DNA of 14,453 bases, from positions 1-14,453 of the forward strand of contig CAYMXX010000017.1 in assembly GCA_964394545.1 (NCBI GenBank), in the 5' to 3' direction. The stretch's first letter is position 1. Every line of letters begins with the position of its first letter. This DNA is from an uncultured Clostridium sp. Lineage in GTDB: Bacteria; Bacillota; Clostridia; TANB77; CAG-508. Shown one piece after another: positions 1 through 5,828 of this stretch. The translations under genes and the position numbers were made by a program. Below the pieces are notes generated by a model that saw only the letters and a program-made list of their open reading frames with translations, was not told the DNA's origin and ran no database searches.

Positions 1-438
1 ATGTATTTATTTACAGATTTATTTTGGGACAAAATAAAAAAAGATATAAATATAAAAAAAACAATTTATTTAGATGAAATCTGGAGATTAATAGGAGTAA
101 CTTCAAATAAGGATGTAGCTAGCTTTATATATAAAATATTTAAAACAATTAGAAAATATGGAGGAAGTAGTGTAGCAATAACTCAAGATATATCAGATAT
201 TTTTAGTTTAGAAGATGGTACATATGGAAAAAGCATTTTAAATAATTCTAGTAACAAAATATTCTTTGCATTAGAAGAAGAAAATATATTAATTTTAAAT
301 AAATATACTAATTTATCAGAAAAAGAAAAAATAGAAATAAAATCACTAAAGAGGGGAGAATGCTTAATGTTTGTTGGAGATGAACATATTCTAACAAAAA
401 TTAATGTAGCAGAATATGAAAAAAAAATTATAGTATAA
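1..438 (+). CDS. VirB4/ConE/TcpF-like T4SS ATPase, C-terminal part (5'-truncated by the window edge)
   Basis: The translation has a Walker B-like IYLDEIW, then RKYGGSSVAITQDISDIF and ILNNSSNKIFF. This is the characteristic C-terminal motif series (DEAW ... RK.G ... TQ..D ... N) of VirB4-family conjugation ATPases. The reading frame is open from base 1, so the initial M is probably internal. Stop TAA is at 436-438. Confidence 0.7.
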   Translation: MYLFTDLFWDKIKKDINIKKTIYLDEIWRLIGVTSNKDVASFIYKIFKTIRKYGGSSVAITQDISDIFSLEDGTYGKSILNNSSNKIFFALEEENILILNKYTNLSEKEKIEIKSLKRGECLMFVGDEHILTKINVAEYEKKIIV

Positions 439-452
439 AAAGGGGAAATAAA

Positions 453-1664
453 ATGAACATAGTAACAGCATTACAAAATCCAGAAATAAATAAAAATATA
501 AAAGAAAAAACAAAATACAATATTTTAGCAAATGATATCCAATATCAAGAAGGTATAATAGAATTGCTAGAAAAAAATGAAGAAATAGATTTAATAATAA
601 TAAGTGAATTATTACCAGGAAATATAGAATTTAAAGAATTAATTAATAAAATTAAAGAAATAAATAAAAACATAGAAATAATAGTAATATTAGAAAATAA
701 AAATAATAAATTAAAAGAATTTTTAATACAAAGAAATATTAATTCTATTTTTTATAATAATCAAATTACAATTGATGAATTAATTAATATAATAAATGAA
801 AAAGAAAAAACAACAAGCCAAATAGAAATTAACAAAGAAATAAAATTATTAAAAGAAATAATTTTAGAAAACAATAAAAATACAAATAAAAAAACAGAAG
901 AAATAAAAATAATAAAAAATAAAATAAAAAAAGAAATAAATAAAATAAAAGAAAAAATATTAAAAAGTAATAAAGAAAATATAAATAAAAAAAACAAAAC
1001 AAAAATAATAAGTATAGTAGGAGCACCAGGAGTTGGAAAAAGTATTTTTATATCTTTGTTTTCTAAAAATATTAAAAATAAAAAAATATTAATAATAGAT
1101 TTCGATATTTATAATAAAAGTATAGATTTAATATTTGGATACAATCTACAAAAAGAAAAAAACATATTAAAAATAAATAATAATATAGATTTACTTTCAA
1201 AAGTAGAAATGTTTTTTATTGAAAATAATTATAACAATTATATAGAAAAAAATAAAATTAAAAATATTTTAAATAAATTTTCAAAAAAATACGATTTAAT
1301 TATAATAGATAATACATCAGAATATTCATGCGAATATACAAAAGAAATATTAAAAAATTCAGATGAGATTATATTTTTAACAGATGCTAATTTAATTGAA
1401 TTAAATAAAACTAAAAAAATGTTAGAAAAATATATAAATAAATGGAAGATAGAAAAAGAAAAAACAAATATTGTTTTTAATAAAATAAATGTTAATTCAA
1501 TAAATAGTAAAATATTAAAAAATTTATTTTCTGATTTTAACATTTTAGGAAAAATTAATTTTAGTGATAAATATAATTTAATAATAAATAACAATTTGAA
1601 AATAGTAAATAAAAAAATAAATAAAGAATATTTAAATATAATAAAAAAATTAAATTTAAATTAG
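453..1664 (+). CDS. Pseudo-receiver + ParA/MinD-fold P-loop ATPase (TadZ/CpaE-like architecture)
   Basis: RBS aaagggga lies 7 nt upstream of ATG 453. The N-terminal ~110 aa look like a CheY-type receiver, but IDLIIISELLPG has Ser where the phospho-acceptor Asp should be. A K/N/E/I-rich low-complexity linker covers aa ~115-185. The C-terminal half has P-loop VGAPGVGKS (nt 1020-1043), LIIDFD (MinD/ParA switch-like D.D) and DLIIIDNTS (Walker B). Confidence 0.6.
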   Translation: MNIVTALQNPEINKNIKEKTKYNILANDIQYQEGIIELLEKNEEIDLIIISELLPGNIEFKELINKIKEINKNIEIIVILENKNNKLKEFLIQRNINSIFYNNQITIDELINIINEKEKTTSQIEINKEIKLLKEIILENNKNTNKKTEEIKIIKNKIKKEINKIKEKILKSNKENINKKNKTKIISIVGAPGVGKSIFISLFSKNIKNKKILIIDFDIYNKSIDLIFGYNLQKEKNILKINNNIDLLSKVEMFFIENNYNNYIEKNKIKNILNKFSKKYDLIIIDNTSEYSCEYTKEILKNSDEIIFLTDANLIELNKTKKMLEKYINKWKIEKEKTNIVFNKINVNSINSKILKNLFSDFNILGKINFSDKYNLIINNNLKIVNKKINKEYLNIIKKLNLN

Positions 1665-1676
1665 GAGGAAAAATAA

Positions 1677-2408
1677 ATGGATAATAATGAAATAGAAATT
1701 AGTAACAATATTAATTTAGAAAATAATACAAAAACAGTAAATGTTGAAGAACAAAAATCTTTTTTAGAAACAAATTTAGGACAAGTTATAAATGCAGGAG
1801 TAGATTTAGGAATAAGAGCAGTATTACCAGATTTTTTAGAAGATGATGTAATAGAAATAAAAGACAGCATAATTACAGATGGATTTAAAGAAGGAGTAAA
1901 AACAGCAATAGATAATGCAGTAGATATGGGAAAAAGTTTTTTAGGTATATTTACCGGAAAATTTGAAAATATATCACAAATAAAAGAAGCTGTAAAAAAA
2001 GGAGGTCTAATAGATTCAATTTCAGATGTATTGGACTGGGGTATAAAAAAAGCAAAAGAAAATAAATTAATAAAAAGTAGTACTGCAACAATAATAAAAA
2101 AAGGAAAAAATACAATATTAAATAATATTAGCAATAATATAGAAAATAATTTAGATTCACAAGTGGAATCTGTTGAAAAAATAGATAAATATATAACAAA
2201 ATGGGATGAATATTATAATGAACAAGATTTTACTAATATGCAAAAACAATATACAAAAATTGAAAAAGAATTAGAAAAAATAACACCTTTAGAAAGCACT
2301 ATAAATAAAGCAAGAGTGGTAGAAAATTTACACAATTTAATAAAAAATAATGGAAAAAATTTCAATCTTTCACAAGAAGAATTAGAACTCGCAAATAAAT
2401 TAATTTAA
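1677..2408 (+). CDS. Hypothetical protein in the T4SS operon (no recognisable domain)
   Basis: A strong RBS aggagg overlaps the stop of the upstream gene, and ATG is at 1677. The 243-aa protein has no obvious TM segment or signal peptide and has charged, helical-looking composition. It sits in tight same-strand spacing with its neighbours. Confidence 0.55.
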   Translation: MDNNEIEISNNINLENNTKTVNVEEQKSFLETNLGQVINAGVDLGIRAVLPDFLEDDVIEIKDSIITDGFKEGVKTAIDNAVDMGKSFLGIFTGKFENISQIKEAVKKGGLIDSISDVLDWGIKKAKENKLIKSSTATIIKKGKNTILNNISNNIENNLDSQVESVEKIDKYITKWDEYYNEQDFTNMQKQYTKIEKELEKITPLESTINKARVVENLHNLIKNNGKNFNLSQEELELANKLI

Positions 2409-2427
2409 ATATTAAAAGAGGCAAAAT

Positions 2428-2802
2428 TTGAAAATTATAGGTAAAATTGATTTAAATAAAATAGAAAAATATAGATATAAAGTTGTGACTGATGAAGTTG
2501 TTTTAACAGATGAACGAAAACAACACATACTAAATAATCATAATAAAGATTATGAAAAAATAATTAAAAATATTAATAGAGTAATATTAAATCCAAGAGA
2601 AATATTAGAAGATTCTAAAAATATTAACACACTTTTGTTTATAGATAAGCTAGAAAAAAACAATTTAAATGTTATAATAAGATTAAATACGATTAATAAT
2701 AAAAAACATCCTAAAAATTCTGTAATGACAGCTTGGATAATAAGAGATAGTAATTTGATAAAATTAAGAAAGAAAAATAAAATTATTTACAAGAGAGAAT
2801 AA
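2428..2802 (+). CDS. Small PBECR-like (phage Barnase/EndoU/ColicinE5-D/RelE-like) putative nuclease/toxin-fold protein
   Basis: TTG start at 2428 is preceded by RBS aaagagg with a 6-nt spacer. The N-terminus MKIIGKIDLNKI..VVTDEVVLTDERKQHILNNH..DYEKI and the C-terminal KNSVMTAWI...KKNKIIYKRE follow a pattern I recall from small mobile-element proteins of Firmicutes annotated as PBECR nuclease fold. This is based on recollection only. Confidence 0.45.
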   Translation: MKIIGKIDLNKIEKYRYKVVTDEVVLTDERKQHILNNHNKDYEKIIKNINRVILNPREILEDSKNINTLLFIDKLEKNNLNVIIRLNTINNKKHPKNSVMTAWIIRDSNLIKLRKKNKIIYKRE

Positions 2803-2814
2803 AAATGTTATAAT
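2786..2814 (+). promoter_or_regulatory. Near-consensus sigma-A promoter (TTTACA - 17 nt - TGtTATAAT) overlapping the 3' end of the PBECR-like ORF
   Basis: The -35 TTTACA is at 2786-2791, followed by a 17-nt spacer ending in TGT, and the -10 TATAAT is at 2809-2814. It points into a region with no ORF that ends at a terminator. Confidence 0.45.
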
Positions 2815-2820
2815 TAAAAT

Positions 2821-2945
2821 ATAATAAAAGTGTTATTTGAAGTAGAGAGAGTGCTTCTACACACCTAATTATAGGTCAGAAGAAATGCAGGAAAGGGCAC
2901 ACCTGCCGAATAACATAAAAAAAGCTGTGTAAGCAGCTTTTTTTG
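2821..2945 (+). ncRNA. Candidate ~125-nt small RNA / orphan transcription unit (family not recognised)
   Basis: It is bounded by the promoter at 2786-2814 and the intrinsic terminator at 2917-2945. The only internal reading frame is a 12-codon GTG ORF without an RBS. Local hairpins are GAAG/CTTC (2839-2842/2854-2857), ACCT/AGGT (2863-2866/2873-2876) and GCAGG/CCTGC (2887-2891/2902-2906). Confidence 0.3.
2917..2945. terminator. Rho-independent terminator, potentially bidirectional
   Basis: Stem aaagctg (2921-2927) pairs with cagcttt (2934-2940) around the 6-nt loop tgtaag. It is flanked by an A-run upstream and a T-run downstream. Confidence 0.7.
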
Positions 2946-2989
2946 TTAGTAAAATGTGCATTTCCGTATAGTTTTTTTACGTTTTTTCC

Positions 2990-3018
2990 TTGCATATTCA
3001 AAATTGTTAATATATAAT
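2990..3018 (+). promoter_or_regulatory. gyrA promoter (TTGCAT - 17 nt - TATAAT)
   Basis: The -35 TTGCAT is at 2990-2995, followed by a 17-nt spacer, and the -10 TATAAT is at 3013-3018. This is about 40 nt upstream of the gyrA ATG, and RBS aagagg lies between. Confidence 0.55.
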
Positions 3019-3058
3019 ATGAAAAGATGAAATAATAGATGAAAAGAGGTTTAAAATA

Positions 3059-5494
3059 ATGGATAAGGCAGAAGAAAATATTATACAAAGAGACATTGAA
3101 AATGAAATGAGAACAGCGTATATAGATTATGCTATGAGTGTTATAGTTGCACGTGCTTTACCAGACGTAAGAGACGGTTTAAAGCCAGTACATAGAAGAA
3201 TTTTATATACAATGCATGAAGATGGATTTACACCAGATAAGCCATATAGAAAATGTGCTACAACAGTTGGGGACGTTTTAGGTAGATATCATCCACATGG
3301 AGACTCATCTGTATATGACGCATTAGTTAGAATGGCTCAAGATTTTTCAATGAGATATATGATGATTGATGGACATGGTAACTTTGGTTCTGTTGATGGT
3401 GATCCACCAGCAGCATATCGTTACACAGAAGCAAGAATGTCTAAAATAGCTTTAAATATGCTTACAGATATAGAAAAAAATACAGTAGATTTTATGCCAA
3501 ACTTTGACGACAGATTACAAGAACCTACAGTGTTACCAGCAAAGATACCAGCATTACTTGTAAATGGTTCATCTGGTATAGCAGTTGGTATGGCAACAAA
3601 TATTCCACCACACAATTTAACAGAAGTAATAAATGGAATTATAAAAATAATAGAGGAAGACCAAGTAACAGACGAAGATTTAATGTCTGTAATTAAAGGT
3701 CCAGATTTTCCAACAGGTGCAACAATACTAGGAAGAGAAGGCATAAAACAAGCATATACAACAGGAAGAGGAAAAATTATTTTAAGAGCAGAAGCAGAAA
3801 TAGAAGAAATGACAGGAAATAAACAAAGAATAATTGTTTCTTCACTTCCTTACCAAGTAAATAAAGCAAAATTAATAGAGCATATTGCAGATTTAGTTAA
3901 AGAAAAAAGATTAGAAGGAATTTCTGCAATTAGAGATGAATCTGATAGAAAAGACAAAGTAAGAATTGTTATAGAATTAAAAAGAGATGCAAATCCACAA
4001 GTTGTTTTAAATCAGTTATATAAAAATACTCAAATGCAAGATTCATTTGGAATAATAATGCTTGCCCTTGTAAATGGAGAGCCAAAAATATTAACATTAA
4101 GACAATGCTTAGATTATTACATTGAACATAGAAAAAAAGTAGTATTAAGAAGAACAAAATTCGATTTAGATAAAGCAGAAGCAAGAGCACATATATTAGA
4201 AGGATTAAAAATAGCATTAGATAATATAGACGAAGTAATTGCAATTATTAGATCTGCATATGATGATGCAAAAGAAAGATTAATGGAAAGATTTGGACTT
4301 TCTGAAATACAAGCTCAAGCGATACTAGATATGAGGTTAAAAACATTATCTGGTTTGCAGAGAGAAAAAATAGAAGAAGAATATAATGAATTAATGAAAT
4401 TAATTGCATACTTAAAAGAAGTTTTAAGTAGTGAAACATTAGTATATGGAATAATAAAAGATGAACTTATAGAAGTTAGAGACAAATATGGAGATGAAAG
4501 ATTAACAAAAATAGTTGCAGCAGAAGGCGATATAGATGATGAAGATTTAATAAAAGAAGAACAATCTGTAATTGCTTTAACACATTTTGGTTATATAAAA
4601 AGAATGCCAATAGATACATATAAGAGTCAAAGAAGAGGTGGAAAAGGTATTACAGGTATTGCAACAAGAGAAGACGACTTTGTTAAACAAATATTTACAG
4701 CCTCAACTCATGACACAATATTATTCTTTAGCAATAAAGGAAAATTATATAAATTAAGAGGATATGAAATTCCAGAGGCAGGAAGAACAGCTAGAGGAAC
4801 AGCTATTGTTAATTTGTTAAGCTTAGATGCTGGAGAAAAAATATCAGCAATAATACCAATTCAAAATTTTGCAGAAGGTAAATATTTATTATTTGCAACT
4901 AGAGAAGGAATTATAAAGAAAACTGCACTTACTGAATATAATTCTGCAAGAAAAACAGGACTTCTTTCAATAACATTAAAAGGTGAAGATGAATTAATAG
5001 ATGTTAGATTAACAGATGGAGAAGACAACATTGTATTAGTTACAAGAAAAGGACTTGCAATTACATTTGACGAAAAAGATGTAAGACCAATGGGAAGAGT
5101 ATCACAAGGTGTTATTGGAATAAGATTAAACAAAGACGATTATGTAATAGGAATGGAATCTATAATTGCAGGAAGTAAATCTACATTACTTGCAATAACA
5201 GAAAATGGATTTGGAAAAAGAACAGAACTTGACGAATATAGAGTACAAACAAGAGGTGGAAAAGGTGTAATTACATATAAAATAACACCAAAAACTGGAG
5301 ATATAGTAGGAATTAGAATTGTAGAAGATACTGATGATGTAATGCTAATTACAGACACAGGAACAATAATAAGACTAAATGTATCAGAAATAAGCGTACT
5401 TGGAAGATCAACACAAGGTGTTACTCTAATGAGAACAAACGAAGGAAAAGTTGTAAGTATAGAAAAAGTTCCAGAACAAGACAATGAAGAATAA
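3059..5494 (+). CDS. gyrA: DNA gyrase subunit A
   Basis: The 811-aa protein has [28 protein letters not shown], the QRDR segment [22 protein letters not shown], catalytic-Tyr context [28 protein letters not shown], and C-terminal repeated beta-pinwheel-like blades (GGKG motifs). Confidence 0.97.
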   Translation: MDKAEENIIQRDIENEMRTAYIDYAMSVIVARALPDVRDGLKPVHRRILYTMHEDGFTPDKPYRKCATTVGDVLGRYHPHGDSSVYDALVRMAQDFSMRYMMIDGHGNFGSVDGDPPAAYRYTEARMSKIALNMLTDIEKNTVDFMPNFDDRLQEPTVLPAKIPALLVNGSSGIAVGMATNIPPHNLTEVINGIIKIIEEDQVTDEDLMSVIKGPDFPTGATILGREGIKQAYTTGRGKIILRAEAEIEEMTGNKQRIIVSSLPYQVNKAKLIEHIADLVKEKRLEGISAIRDESDRKDKVRIVIELKRDANPQVVLNQLYKNTQMQDSFGIIMLALVNGEPKILTLRQCLDYYIEHRKKVVLRRTKFDLDKAEARAHILEGLKIALDNIDEVIAIIRSAYDDAKERLMERFGLSEIQAQAILDMRLKTLSGLQREKIEEEYNELMKLIAYLKEVLSSETLVYGIIKDELIEVRDKYGDERLTKIVAAEGDIDDEDLIKEEQSVIALTHFGYIKRMPIDTYKSQRRGGKGITGIATREDDFVKQIFTASTHDTILFFSNKGKLYKLRGYEIPEAGRTARGTAIVNLLSLDAGEKISAIIPIQNFAEGKYLLFATREGIIKKTALTEYNSARKTGLLSITLKGEDELIDVRLTDGEDNIVLVTRKGLAITFDEKDVRPMGRVSQGVIGIRLNKDDYVIGMESIIAGSKSTLLAITENGFGKRTELDEYRVQTRGGKGVITYKITPKTGDIVGIRIVEDTDDVMLITDTGTIIRLNVSEISVLGRSTQGVTLMRTNEGKVVSIEKVPEQDNEE

Positions 5495-5512
5495 AAAATC
5501 TTACGGAAACGC

Positions 5513-5541
5513 TTGATTTAACAAAAAATGTGTGATATCAT
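5513..5541 (+). promoter_or_regulatory. Promoter of the ileS leader (TTGATT - 17 nt - TGaTATCAT)
   Basis: The -35 TTGATT is at 5513-5518, followed by a 17-nt spacer ending in TGA, and the -10 TATCAT is at 5536-5541. It starts 19 nt after the gyrA stop, with no terminator in between. Confidence 0.5.
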
Positions 5542-5547
5542 TTTATA

Positions 5548-5802
5548 CAAATTTAAAAACAAAGAAAAGGACAACACAAATAAAGTAAAACTAACAGAGA
5601 GCTAGATGCATGCTGAAATTCTAGTAAGATAATAATTTATTTGTTATCACCTTGGAGTTGCTTAAATGAATAAATAGTAATTTAAGTCGTAAATCTGCGT
5701 TAAAGATAAATAAGATGTATAAATTTGTTTTGTATTTTAAATTTATATAAATTAGGTGGTACAGTGAGTAAACCTCGCCCTATGTTATGGGCGAGGTTTT
5801 TT
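5548..5802 (+). promoter_or_regulatory. T-box riboswitch leader (Ile specifier AUC) with terminator/antiterminator
   Basis: AGTA box is at 5584-5587 and AGAGAG at 5596-5601. The distal hairpin is ctaga/tctag (5602-5606/5620-5624). The Stem I helix is acaaataa/ttatttgt (5576-5583/5637-5644). The specifier loop UAUCA has ATC at 5646-5648 followed by A. An F-box-like GCGTTA is at 5697-5702. The T-box sequence AAATTAGGTGGTACAGTG is at 5749-5766. The terminator is aacctcgccc/gggcgaggtt (5771-5780/5789-5798) plus a T-run to 5802. Confidence 0.85.
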
Positions 5803-5828
5803 GTAACACTAACGAAAGGGGAATTAAT

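Noticed and set aside
790-1010. Highly repetitive A-rich stretch that superficially resembles a tandem repeat array
   Set aside because: It keeps one open reading frame and encodes the K/N/E-rich linker of the 403-aa protein. There is no regular repeat unit or spacer structure, so it is neither a CRISPR array nor a satellite repeat.
761-2134. Minus-strand ORFs 761-997, 829-1026, 1238-1594 and 1661-2134 encoding F/L/I-rich 'proteins'
   Set aside because: They are antisense shadows of K/N/E/I-rich, poly-A-rich coding sequence. They lack RBSs and have extreme low-complexity composition. The plus-strand genes have motifs and proper translation signals.
2803-2816. AAAATGTTATAATT (2803-2816, plus strand) versus AAAATGATATAATT (10688-10675, minus strand): inverted 14-mers bracketing the housekeeping block, possibly recombination sites
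   Set aside because: The similarity is confined to extended -10 promoter consensus (TGnTATAAT plus A-tract) and does not extend into flanking sequence. It is best explained as two independent promoters in AT-rich DNA.
2830-2916. Possible closing helix GTGTTATT/AATAACAT that would make the candidate sRNA a multi-stem riboswitch-like fold upstream of gyrA; also a GGTCAG...GCAGGAAAGG stretch faintly reminiscent of SRP RNA domain IV
   Set aside because: A 7-8 bp A/T-rich complement within ~100 nt is expected by chance in DNA this AT-rich. The SRP-defining GGAAGCAGC context is absent. gyrA has its own promoter downstream of the terminator, so a cis-regulatory role is unsupported.
2876-3088. 70-aa minus-strand ORF spanning the gyrA promoter and the terminator
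   Set aside because: It runs through an intrinsic terminator hairpin and the gyrA promoter, RBS and start codon. It has no RBS and odd composition, and is most likely spurious.
3421-5484. Minus-strand ORFs inside gyrA (3421-3744, 3969-4244, 4248-4439, 4861-5133, 5140-5484)
   Set aside because: They are antisense to an unambiguous, full-length gyrA. They have no translation signals or recognisable motifs.
5787-5828. Upstream extension of ileS (MGEVFCNTNERGIN...) from the ORF track
   Set aside because: The ATG at 5787 lies within the 3' arm of the T-box terminator stem and has no RBS. ATG 5829 has a GAAAGGGG RBS and gives a typical IleRS N-terminus.
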